Positions 46,958 to 55,906 of a stretch of 64,000 nt of DNA are shown here, one piece after another. The translations under genes were made by a program, and so were the position numbers. Under the pieces are notes generated by a model. That model was not told the origin of the DNA, searched no databases, and was given only the letters and a program-made list of their open reading frames with translations. The DNA lies in contig CAWIIP010000005.1 in assembly GCA_963836235.1 (NCBI GenBank), forward strand, positions 69,353 to 133,352, in the 5' to 3' direction. Every line of letters starts with the position of its first letter. Position 1 is the first letter of the stretch. The DNA is from an uncultured Pseudomonadota bacterium (GTDB lineage: Bacteria; Oederibacteriota; Muellerivitia; Muellerivitales; Muellerivitaceae).

Positions 46958-49119
46958 TTGCCTTTTTTCTCCAATAGCTGGGTGACCACCTTCGTTTTAA
47001 AGGTTTCCGCGGGTTTGAGGGAGACTTCCCATCCCAATAAAAGACAGGAGCCTTGATAGACCTTCTCAAAACCACCCTCGGATTGGGAAATGGTTTCAAC
47101 CGGATACCGCCAAAACTTGGCCGGATGGGGAGACTTAAAGTTGATTTCCAATTCCAACCAGCCGTCCCGCATGCCCATCTCCGTCACTCCCGTTTCCTCT
47201 CCAACACTGTTTAACCGGGGCTGGAGGAGATCCCGTCCTTTCACAAAATAATTCCGGTCCGGAGAATCTCCCGCAAGGAGGGTAAGGTTCCATTCCACGA
47301 GAAAAAGGAAATTCTGGCTGTGAGGGCCCTTATTTTGGAGTTCGTAGCCTGCTTCCAGCGTGAAATCTCCTGCCTCAAACTCGAGTTTTTTAGCCAACTT
47401 TAACGGCAGTCCCTCCACATGCCCCAACCGGGATAGGACCACTTGTGCCGGTTGGCCTTTTTTCTTGGGTGCTTGGATTTTCGATTCAAATAGGCCGTTA
47501 CGAAAATCCCCCCGTTCCTCGTAACGATTCGTCATCATTTGCTCAACCGTGGTTAAATCCGTCACGAAATGTTCGGTCAGGCTAACTCGGCGGGCCGAAT
47601 CATAGAAAAGTTTCTTGTCCAGTCCTGGTTCCTTCATACGGACCATGTCATGGATGCTGGACACCCCACCCTGGGGCTGGCCCTGGTTTGCGGCGGCCAC
47701 GAGTTTGTTATGGTAGGCCTCTTTGCGGCGGGTCAGGGTATCGGAAAGGTTGATTGGGTTTTTCAGGTAATCTAACTCGGTCAAGACCCCGCCAACAGTT
47801 TCCAACAGGGCGTGATAATTCAGGCTCTCCACGACAATTTCATCTCTTCCATCTTTATTGAAGTCCGTCTCTTGGACTTGTACCCCAAAAGTCGAAGAAG
47901 GCAGGAGGGATTCTGCCAGTTTTTCCGCTTCAATCAATTCACGGTAAACGGCAAATCGCAAATGGTTCAAGTAAAGACCACCGAAAACACCATGCCAGTA
48001 AGGGCAATTGCACTCTCCCCGGTAAAGAGCCCGAACGGCTTTATCCAAAACCGCTTTTTGCTTAGAGGTGGCTTTTTTAGACAACCTCTGCCGGGCTTTC
48101 TCGACCTTGGCGGAGACCCATAAAAGCTTTTTATGCATATGACTGCTCTCGACATATTTGGTGAAAAAGTTTCGCCAAAATCCACCTTTTAAATAACGCT
48201 CGTAACGGGGCATTTCTCCCCGATCTCTCACCTCATGGCGGATGTGCTCAAATTCCTCGGCCGCGTCTGCCGGTAAAGCCCATTCTCCCATTTCGGTATA
48301 GGAACCCGTGGGCAGACTGAGGATGCCCTTTGGCGCCTGCTGGGCGACATATTCGGAGAATGTGGCCAGATTCAGCCAGGAGGAATTATCTTCCAGAGCG
48401 GTAAAGAACCTCTCCAACCAACCTTCCTCGTAAACCCACTTGTAGGTATCAGGCCATCCCCCGAACTTTTCACCGTCGTCCATCAAGACCACGCAACGGT
48501 CCCCCTCTTCCGTGGCGACGGACTGGAGATATTGAAGGCTTTCTTCCACGGCCTTGAAAGGAACCATGTATCGCATCTTTTCAGAAATGGGAAAAACACC
48601 CGCCGTTTCACCCTGCTCTTCCATGAGGTAATAGCCGAAGGTTTCCTCTTCCTTTAATCCCACGGCCTTGAAGTGAGCGTCGTCCATCACGATATATTTC
48701 ACGCCAGCATCCGCGAGGTTTTTGGTCAAATGGGGTTCCCAAACACGCTCAGCGGTCCACATACCTTTCGCCTCAACTTTAAAATGCTTCCTTAGATAGT
48801 CGGTCAGCATCCGGATTTGTCCCGCCTTATCCCGATCCGGAAGAACCGACAGAATAGGCTCATACATGCCCCCCGTAAAAAACTCAATCTGGCCCCGGTC
48901 GGCCATTTCCTTCAACATTTTGAAATAGGGGGGACGGTTTTGTTCCAGCCATTCCAAAAGGGGTCCGGTCACGTGAAAAGTGCATTTCACCTTGGGATGC
49001 CTATGGAGAATGTGGAGGAAGGGTTCATAAGACTTCTTGAACAATTCCTCAAAAACTTGACCGAAATTGCCTACCGGTTGATGGTTGTGGACACCGAAGA
49101 TAAACGTGACTTTTTTCAC
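46954..49119 (-). CDS. Glycoside hydrolase family 57 alpha-glucan-active enzyme (4-alpha-glucanotransferase/amylopullulanase-like) with C-terminal extension
   Basis: The N-terminus MKKVTFIFGVHNHQPVGNF matches the GH57 HxHQP start. A (beta/alpha)7 region follows, then about 250 extra C-terminal residues. 721 aa. Confidence 0.75.
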   Translation of the reverse strand: MKKVTFIFGVHNHQPVGNFGQVFEELFKKSYEPFLHILHRHPKVKCTFHVTGPLLEWLEQNRPPYFKMLKEMADRGQIEFFTGGMYEPILSVLPDRDKAGQIRMLTDYLRKHFKVEAKGMWTAERVWEPHLTKNLADAGVKYIVMDDAHFKAVGLKEEETFGYYLMEEQGETAGVFPISEKMRYMVPFKAVEESLQYLQSVATEEGDRCVVLMDDGEKFGGWPDTYKWVYEEGWLERFFTALEDNSSWLNLATFSEYVAQQAPKGILSLPTGSYTEMGEWALPADAAEEFEHIRHEVRDRGEMPRYERYLKGGFWRNFFTKYVESSHMHKKLLWVSAKVEKARQRLSKKATSKQKAVLDKAVRALYRGECNCPYWHGVFGGLYLNHLRFAVYRELIEAEKLAESLLPSSTFGVQVQETDFNKDGRDEIVVESLNYHALLETVGGVLTELDYLKNPINLSDTLTRRKEAYHNKLVAAANQGQPQGGVSSIHDMVRMKEPGLDKKLFYDSARRVSLTEHFVTDLTTVEQMMTNRYEERGDFRNGLFESKIQAPKKKGQPAQVVLSRLGHVEGLPLKLAKKLEFEAGDFTLEAGYELQNKGPHSQNFLFLVEWNLTLLAGDSPDRNYFVKGRDLLQPRLNSVGEETGVTEMGMRDGWLELEINFKSPHPAKFWRYPVETISQSEGGFEKVYQGSCLLLGWEVSLKPAETFKTKVVTQLLEKKGK

Positions 49120-49129
49120 TTTAGACCTC

Positions 49130-49624
49130 TCACTGACCGCTGTTCTTCAACTGATGAATGTATTTTTCCAATGATTCTTTGACATCACCTGGCACCGCTC
49201 GCACTTCCAGTTCCACTCCCTGCCTTTTTAGTTCTTTAAAGGACTCAATATCAGCTTCATGAACGCAAACCGTTTTACTAACTTGTTGTTTCCCCTCACA
49301 AAAATGCATCCCCCCAACATTCACCGCCGATAAGGCCCCACCCCTCTTGCCAAACTCCACCACATCCGAAGGATTAGAAAAAAGAAGGAGGCTACGATCC
49401 TTGGAATCCCCCTTGCGACAGTTTTGGGCCGCCTCTTCCACGGTATAAAAACTCACCTTTAACCCCGAGGGAACCGCCATCTCCATGAGGGTCTTTTGCA
49501 TCGAATTTTTGGCAATAACGTCATTTACCACGACCAGACGCTCAATTCCCAGGGCCTTAACCCAACCCACAACCACTTGCCCATGTATAAGCCGGTCATC
49601 AATTCGAATCAGTTGGATTTCCAT
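49130..49624 (-). CDS. PTS mannose/sorbose-family IIB component
   Basis: IRIDDRLIHGQVVVGW contains the phosphorylatable His of EIIB-Man. Confidence 0.8.
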   Translation of the reverse strand: MEIQLIRIDDRLIHGQVVVGWVKALGIERLVVVNDVIAKNSMQKTLMEMAVPSGLKVSFYTVEEAAQNCRKGDSKDRSLLLFSNPSDVVEFGKRGGALSAVNVGGMHFCEGKQQVSKTVCVHEADIESFKELKRQGVELEVRAVPGDVKESLEKYIHQLKNSGQ

Positions 49625-49650
49625 TCGGCCTCTCGAATCCAGAGTTAGCC

Positions 49651-50052
49651 CTATTTTTTAAGGAGTTCTAACGACGTCACAATACTTTCTCGGGTCGCGC
49701 TTTGAATCTCCGGAATCAACCGGTTCATTTCGGCTTCATCCCGACTCGAAACGACCTTGATCAGCATCGGCAGGTTCACTCCAGTCACAATCTGAAGTTT
49801 ACGGGTTTGAGCCAACCGAAGAGCCACATTAAAAGGCGTGCCACCCAGCATATCCACCAATACCAGCGTCCCCGTTCCCATTGGATCCACGGTTTCAAGA
49901 GCTTTCTCCATTTTAACCTGGAAAGACTCCATAGAATCCTGTGAAATTAGATCGATCGCCAAAATGGCTTCCGTTTCACCCAAAATCATTCGGAGGGTGG
50001 AAAGAAGGGCGAGGCCGAGTTCCCCGTGGGTTGCCACAATCACGCCTATCAT
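49651..50052 (-). CDS. PTS mannose-family IIA component
   Basis: MIGVIVATHGELG contains the EIIA-Man active-site His. 133 aa. Confidence 0.75.
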   Translation of the reverse strand: MIGVIVATHGELGLALLSTLRMILGETEAILAIDLISQDSMESFQVKMEKALETVDPMGTGTLVLVDMLGGTPFNVALRLAQTRKLQIVTGVNLPMLIKVVSSRDEAEMNRLIPEIQSATRESIVTSLELLKK

Positions 50053-50400
50053 TAAAAATCTCCTTTAAAATCGCCAAAAGGTTTTTTGAGTCTGTTTCAA
50101 TAGTCCGAAGATGCTTTTTTTCACCAAGAGATTAAAAGGAACCCCCGGCATTATCAACTTAATGTTCCCGGGAATGGGGATATAACCGAGAAATCCCAGC
50201 GGAGAGCCAGAAAAATCAGAGTAAATACATGGTTTTCAATAATAAAAATCGACTGCTTGTTACTTTTTGGGCACTGAAATTGAAAAAAGCGGAAACCTCT
50301 CCACGTTGACATTCACCATTTCAATGGACAATCTTATGAAGGAAAGCATTTCTTGGCGCCTGTTAAAGATAAAGCTGCTCAGGTATCGTTCGAACATTAA

Positions 50401-51672
50401 TTACATTACCAGCCTTCGGACAATGGCTTTTCCCAGCTTTTCCGGGCTATGCCGCACGTAATCTTCCTGATGGAGTAAATTCACTTGTATTAATTCAACA
50501 TCAAGAGCCTTAACTGCTTCTTCATCCACCACAACGGGCTTCTGTCCATTAGCTTCGTAACGGGCCAATAGTTGCGCGGGAACCTTTTCCTTGTTAGCGA
50601 TGACGTAGTGGATAAACCCAGGACTGGTGTGCTTGAGGATGGCTTTCACGTGGTCAGAAACGGTAAGGTTATCCGTTTCTCCCGGTTGTGTCATGACATT
50701 ACAAACATACATTTTCACCGCGCGGGCCAGGGCGATCGTTTCGGCCACTTCCGGAATCAAAAGATTCGGAAGAATGCTGGTATAAAGACTACCCGGCCCA
50801 AAGACAATGGCGTCCGCTTCCAATATGGCCTTCAAAACATCTTTGTTGGGGCGGATTTTTTTTTCTTTTAGCATAATCCGGTCAATAGGGGATTTTCCGT
50901 TTGGAATCCGGGATTCCCCAGTAATAATTTTTCCATTTTTCAGCTTGGCCTGGAGCGTCATATTCTCGAAAGTGACGGGCATGACGGTGCCCCGGGTCGC
51001 CAATACACGGCTGGATTCCTCCACGGCCCTGCCAAAATCACCCGTGATTTCCTTCATAACTGTAATAAAAAGATTTCCAAAACTATGGCCCTTCAGGTCG
51101 CCGTGGCCCTTGAACCGATATTGGAAAAGATCTTTGAGGAGGGTTTCCTGGTCGGATAAAGCAACAATGCAATTGCGGATGTCCCCCGGAGGCGGGGTTC
51201 CAAAATCCCTTCTGAGCCTACCCGAACTTCCGCCGTCATCGGCGACCGTCACAACCGCGGTAAGGTTGCTGGTGTAGTGTTTGAGGCTGGAAAGGACATT
51301 GGGAAGCCCCGTACCCCCGCCCACCGCCACAATCCGGGGCCCGCGCTTGAGGCGTGTTCGCTGATAGGCGATATTGATGAATTCCTTCTCCCTCGCAGGA
51401 GCGTAAACCGTGAGTACCGAAAAGATCAAACGCCTTATACCCAAAATCAGCCCCCAAAAAGCCAGGAGCATGAAAAGAAAATCGACGAACTTGAGGTGTT
51501 TGAGGTGATCTTCCAGTTCGACAATTACCGGTGGGCGCAAATGGATACCCCCCGTATGTTGACTCATGACGCCTGAGAATCCGACGTAAAGGACAATCAT
51601 CGAGAGGACAATGAGAAAAATCCAGCGTTTGAGACGCAAACCAGGATAGAGCCAGGGGAAACTCAACATCAA
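50401..51672 (-). CDS. YvcK/CofD-like (UPF0052) gluconeogenesis-factor family protein with N-terminal TM extension
   Basis: VAVGGGTGLPNVLSSLK ... VVTVADDGGSSGRLRRDFG ... GDIRNCIVAL are YvcK family motifs. The first ~90 aa carry two TM helices. It overlaps hprK by 4 nt. Confidence 0.8.
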   Translation of the reverse strand: MMLSFPWLYPGLRLKRWIFLIVLSMIVLYVGFSGVMSQHTGGIHLRPPVIVELEDHLKHLKFVDFLFMLLAFWGLILGIRRLIFSVLTVYAPAREKEFINIAYQRTRLKRGPRIVAVGGGTGLPNVLSSLKHYTSNLTAVVTVADDGGSSGRLRRDFGTPPPGDIRNCIVALSDQETLLKDLFQYRFKGHGDLKGHSFGNLFITVMKEITGDFGRAVEESSRVLATRGTVMPVTFENMTLQAKLKNGKIITGESRIPNGKSPIDRIMLKEKKIRPNKDVLKAILEADAIVFGPGSLYTSILPNLLIPEVAETIALARAVKMYVCNVMTQPGETDNLTVSDHVKAILKHTSPGFIHYVIANKEKVPAQLLARYEANGQKPVVVDEEAVKALDVELIQVNLLHQEDYVRHSPEKLGKAIVRRLVM

Positions 51673-52640
51673 ATTTTGCCCTTGAGTTTGGGAGAATTGC
51701 GCCTGGCCGTTTCCTCCGCCATCATACGGGAAACTCGGTCGGCAAACTCCTGGGCAGTGAAGTAACCCAGTTTCATCAGGCGGTGGTTCATGGCCGCTAC
51801 TTCGATGATCACCGCCAGGTTCCGGCCCGGCCTCACCGGAATAAGGAACATGGGAATTTCCACGTCAAAAATCTTGTGCGTGGCGGGCGTCAAGCCCAGC
51901 CGGTCGTATTCCTTTTTATTGTCCCATTCTTCTAACCGGATAATCAGTTCGATACGTTTTTTGTCGCGAATCGCTCCCACACCAAAGAGACTTTCAATAT
52001 TAATGATCCCCAAGCCTCTTATCTCCATGTGATGCTTGATGATTTCAGACCGGGAACCCATCAATATCCGGTTGGCCAGCCGCTTGATGTAAACCAGGTC
52101 GTCCGCCACCAGCCGGTGGCCACGTTCTACCAGATCCAAGGCGCACTCACTTTTCCCGATGCCCGAGTTTCCCAAAATAAGTATCCCCACTCCATAGACA
52201 TCCAAAAGCGTCCCATGGATGGTCGTTTCAGGGGCGAATTCCTCCTCAAGGAAAACCGAAATTTCAGAAACAAACTTGGTCGTGGGCGTAACAGTCGAGA
52301 AAAGGGGGATTTTCCGCGCCTCGGCCTCGGAAACCAAATCTGTGGGCGGTTTCATTTTGTGGGTCACTACGATGCAGGGAAGCCGATGGGACAATAGGGT
52401 CTTCAATATTTTTTTACGCTGGGTTGGTTTTAGCGTTCGAAGGAAATGGATTTCGGTTTTCCCCAAAATCTGGAGGCGTTCGTAAGGAAACCACTTGAGG
52501 TACCCGGTCAGGGCCATTCCCATCCGGTTGATGTCCACACTGACGATAAACCGATCGGACATTCCCGCTTCGGCCACGGGGGAAAGATGGAGCCGTTCCT
52601 TGGCCTGTTGAAAAAAAGACTCCACGGAAATTTTCTTCAT
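51669..52640 (-). CDS. hprK: HPr kinase/phosphorylase
   Basis: P-loop GILILGNSGIGKSECALDL and the HprK C-terminal signature. 323 aa. Confidence 0.9.
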   Translation of the reverse strand: MKKISVESFFQQAKERLHLSPVAEAGMSDRFIVSVDINRMGMALTGYLKWFPYERLQILGKTEIHFLRTLKPTQRKKILKTLLSHRLPCIVVTHKMKPPTDLVSEAEARKIPLFSTVTPTTKFVSEISVFLEEEFAPETTIHGTLLDVYGVGILILGNSGIGKSECALDLVERGHRLVADDLVYIKRLANRILMGSRSEIIKHHMEIRGLGIINIESLFGVGAIRDKKRIELIIRLEEWDNKKEYDRLGLTPATHKIFDVEIPMFLIPVRPGRNLAVIIEVAAMNHRLMKLGYFTAQEFADRVSRMMAEETARRNSPKLKGKI

Positions 52641-52680
52641 GGTCCCCGTCGCTTTGGCTTTTTCCCTGCCGGGAAGCCGG

Positions 52681-53145
52681 TCAATGCTTAAGTTTTTCTT
52701 CTTCTTGGATGATTTTGACCACGTCCTCGGGGGTTTTCGCCGAGAGGAGCGACTTGCGGAAATATTTATCTTTTAAGAGGCTGGAAATACGGGCCAAGGC
52801 TTTCAAGTGGGCCCCCGCAGCTCCTTCCGGGGCCACCAGCAGGAAAAAAATATTCACAGGCTCACCATCCAATGAGTCAAAGCTGATCCCGTCGACAGAA
52901 AGCCCGAAAGCCGCCGCCAAATCCGAAACGGTATCCGACTTTCCATGGGGAATGGCTATTCCCTGGCCAATTCCTGTGGAGCCAAGCTCTTCACGCTCCA
53001 TGAGTGTCTGAAGCATTTTCTTTTTGTCCTTCACTTTGCCCGTTTTGACCAAAAGTTCCACCATCTCTTTAATGGCGTCTTTCTTGTTTTTGGATTCCAG
53101 GGACATCTTGATGGCGTCAGCCGTTAAAAAATCCAATATCTGCAT
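52681..53145 (-). CDS. ptsN: PTS IIA-like nitrogen-regulatory protein (EIIA-Ntr, fructose/mannitol-type IIA)
   Basis: 154 aa. GIAIPHGKSD contains the phospho-His. It lies directly downstream of hpf, as in the rpoN operon. Confidence 0.8.
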   Translation of the reverse strand: MQILDFLTADAIKMSLESKNKKDAIKEMVELLVKTGKVKDKKKMLQTLMEREELGSTGIGQGIAIPHGKSDTVSDLAAAFGLSVDGISFDSLDGEPVNIFFLLVAPEGAAGAHLKALARISSLLKDKYFRKSLLSAKTPEDVVKIIQEEEKLKH

Positions 53146-53202
53146 GAAACTTCCTCCCGAAAAGCCAGTTGATAACTTTCAGCCGCAACTAAAACCCGCC
53201 GT

Positions 53203-53742
53203 TCAATATTCCGGCTCAATCAGACCGATATGATGATCCTTCCGCTTGTAAACCACTCCCGTTCGTTCGGTCTCGGCATTCGAAAAAACCAAAAACTCAT
53301 CTTTGGAAGAAGCCAATTGTAAAGCTGCTTCCTCAATCGTCATGGGCTTCACTGCGTATTTTTTAGTTCGTAAAACCTTGACTCCATCTCCTTCCATCGA
53401 TGCCGGAACAAGTCCAAAAGGTTTCGAACTCATGGCTTTAGGATGTTCGGGTCGATGATGTTCCGCTCGTTTGTCTTTTTGCTTGTGCGCCTGCTTCTCC
53501 AATCTTTGCAGCGCCACGTCAATGGATTGATACATATCGTGGGAGGAAGCCTTGGCGCTTAATTTCAAGCCCTTTGCGCTCAAGGTTACTTCGCAAATAT
53601 GCAACTTCCTCTCAAAGTTCAATACCACATGAGCTTCTTTGATTTTTCCCAAGTATCTTTCCACTCGCTGAATCTTGTCCTCAATGTGGATTCTTAATCC
53701 ATCGGTGAGTTGCTCATGGCGGCTGGTAATATGAATTTTCAT
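53203..53742 (-). CDS. hpf: Ribosome hibernation-promoting factor, long form
   Basis: MKIHITSRHEQLTDGLRIHIEDKIQRVERYL matches the RaiA/HPF fold N-terminus. The C-terminal extension is typical of long HPF. Confidence 0.85.
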   Translation of the reverse strand: MKIHITSRHEQLTDGLRIHIEDKIQRVERYLGKIKEAHVVLNFERKLHICEVTLSAKGLKLSAKASSHDMYQSIDVALQRLEKQAHKQKDKRAEHHRPEHPKAMSSKPFGLVPASMEGDGVKVLRTKKYAVKPMTIEEAALQLASSKDEFLVFSNAETERTGVVYKRKDHHIGLIEPEY

Positions 53743-53931
53743 TATTTTTCCTATTGGATAAAAAAGACCGGATTTCTTCAGCCCTATTCGGGCGGAAAAA
53801 CCCTATAAAAGAATTGTCATTCTAACACTCGAAAACCGGAAGTCAATCCGCACTCGGTTTTCATAACATTGGACAGCCAGAAGTTCCAAGAGGAATCACT
53901 TTGTCTCCAAATAGAATGTTCAATTGATTTG

Positions 53932-55461
53932 TCACAATTTTCGCCGTTGGGAAGCCGAAGGAATCTTGAGTTCTTCACGGTATTTGGCGATGGTACGGCG
54001 AGCGATACTGAGTCCCTGGTCGTTTAAGACTTGCATGATCTTTTGATCCGAAAAGGGTTTTTGAGGGGATTCCTGAGAAACCAGTTCCTTTATCTTTTCC
54101 TTGACCGACAAAGAAGACACATCCAAACCGTCCACCGATTCTAACCCGCTGGTGAAAAAATATTTTAATTCAAATAATCCCCGAGGAGTCTGAACGTACT
54201 TGTGGGTGGTCACCCGACTGACCGTGGATTCATGCATGCCGATGATGTCGGCAACTTGCTTTAACGTCAGGGGCTTTAAAACACTGATTCCAATTTCAAG
54301 AAAATCCCTTTGAATGCGGAAAATGGCTTCCGTAACCCGGAAGATGGTTTTACGCCGTTGCTCGATATTCTTGATCAGCCAAATAGCGGATTGAATCTTA
54401 TTTTCCAAAAACTTTTTGGTTTCTTTCCCCTCAAGAGCTTTTTTGTCCTTCATTAGCCTTCGGTAATAAGGCGAAATCCGAAGTTTTGGCACCGGTTCGT
54501 CGTTCAAAACCACAACGTACTCCCCGTCCATTTTACGAATGTACACATCCGGCGTGATGTACTTAGTCTCATTCTCCTGAAAGGACCTTCCCGGCTTCGG
54601 CTCCAGCGTTGCGATAAAAGTCAAAATTTCCCTTAATTGTTCATCGGTGCAACCCAAGGCTTTGGTAATAGCGGGATATTTTCTCTTTTCCATTTCCTCG
54701 AAATGGTCATGCACCACTTGGTAGGATTTGCGGGCCGTTTCTCCAGTTTTATTTTCCAATTGGAGCAAAAGACACTCCCTTAAATTTCGCGCACCCACCC
54801 CCGCCGGCTCAAAGGTCTGGATCAACCCCAAAATCCTCTCTATCTCTAGGGGTGATACTTCTTGTGATGTCGCGATATCCTCCACCTTGTCCGTTAAATA
54901 CCCGTTATCGTCCAAGTTTCCGATGATGACTTTACCAAGGATCTTTTCCTGATCATCCTTGGCAACCAGCAGTAACTGCCATTCCAAGCTTTCAGAGAGA
55001 GTCTGAGAACGGGTGATGGAAGCTTCAATAAAATCCCGTTTTTCTTGGTCGGTTTGGGAACTCTCCCTGCCGCCATATTCGGTGTCGTTGGATTCCCCAT
55101 ATTCCTCCGACTCTCTGTAAAGATTCCAGGTGTCGTCGCTGAATCGATCGCCATCCTTTAAATGCTCCACCAAGTCAGTCTGATGACGGTCGCGAGCCAA
55201 TTCCAAAAGTTTGTCGGAATCAGGATTGGATTGTTCTGCGGGAGGAGCATCTAATGGTTCGGTAGGAGAAGCTTTATCAATGGTCTCAACTGGAGTTTCT
55301 TCATTTTCTTCCTCCAAGGTGGGGTTCTCCAGCATTTCCTTTTCCACCCATTCCTTCAATTCCAGAGTGGAAAGTTGAAGGATCTTCATGGCTTGTTGCA
55401 GCATCGGAGTCATAATCATCCGTTGCTGCATCTTTTGGTTCATTCCGAACTGCTGCCGCAT
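53932..55461 (-). CDS. rpoN: RNA polymerase sigma-54 factor
   Basis: N-terminal Gln/Leu-rich region I, core-binding domain, HTH, and the C-terminal RpoN box ARRTIAKYRE. Confidence 0.9.
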   Translation of the reverse strand: MRQQFGMNQKMQQRMIMTPMLQQAMKILQLSTLELKEWVEKEMLENPTLEEENEETPVETIDKASPTEPLDAPPAEQSNPDSDKLLELARDRHQTDLVEHLKDGDRFSDDTWNLYRESEEYGESNDTEYGGRESSQTDQEKRDFIEASITRSQTLSESLEWQLLLVAKDDQEKILGKVIIGNLDDNGYLTDKVEDIATSQEVSPLEIERILGLIQTFEPAGVGARNLRECLLLQLENKTGETARKSYQVVHDHFEEMEKRKYPAITKALGCTDEQLREILTFIATLEPKPGRSFQENETKYITPDVYIRKMDGEYVVVLNDEPVPKLRISPYYRRLMKDKKALEGKETKKFLENKIQSAIWLIKNIEQRRKTIFRVTEAIFRIQRDFLEIGISVLKPLTLKQVADIIGMHESTVSRVTTHKYVQTPRGLFELKYFFTSGLESVDGLDVSSLSVKEKIKELVSQESPQKPFSDQKIMQVLNDQGLSIARRTIAKYREELKIPSASQRRKL

Positions 55462-55585
55462 AACTCATGCCACCTAAAGAAGAATGTCTTGAGCAAGAAT
55501 TATACCTTTTTATGGTTTAGAGGTACCCATTAAAAGGATCAAGTTCCAGGCAGTATAGACAATCAAAACAACTGAAGAAATTCGC

Positions 55586-55906
55586 TTAACGAATCCACAA
55601 AAGGTATACCAAGAAGTTTAGGGATAAAACCAAGATCGCCCCATAAAGAACACCCTTGGCGACATACGGTTGATTTTTTTTCCTAAAAAAAAGAAAACAG
55701 GGGATGACATAAACCCACTGGCTTAATCCACAAAATCCCAGGACAAGCATGGGGAAAGTCGCCCAATCGTTGGTAGGGCCATTAGGGCCCCAATCCGCCC
55801 AAGTGTCAAAAATAGCGAAGGCAAAAAGAAACAAAGCAAAAAGAACGGCAAGAACAATCCCCATACCTTCAAATACCTGATAGCGCCGGGAAGATTCCTC
55901 AACCAT
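55586..55906 (-). CDS. Small integral membrane protein (3 TM), function unknown
   Basis: Start chosen at the internal ATG 55906, preceded by a GGGGGAGGAG RBS and beginning just past the upstream gene's stop at 55899. The ORF-track start at 55987 would overlap the amidohydrolase gene by 89 nt. Confidence 0.4.
   Translation of the reverse strand: MVEESSRRYQVFEGMGIVLAVLFALFLFAFAIFDTWADWGPNGPTNDWATFPMLVLGFCGLSQWVYVIPCFLFFRKKNQPYVAKGVLYGAILVLSLNFLVYLLWIR

Noticed and set aside
50261-50290. Sigma-54-like TGGGCAC-N5-TTGAA motif in the yvcK/IIA spacer
   Set aside because: It lies on the plus strand, while both flanking genes are transcribed on the minus strand. The -24 element has an extra G and the -12 element reads GA rather than GC.
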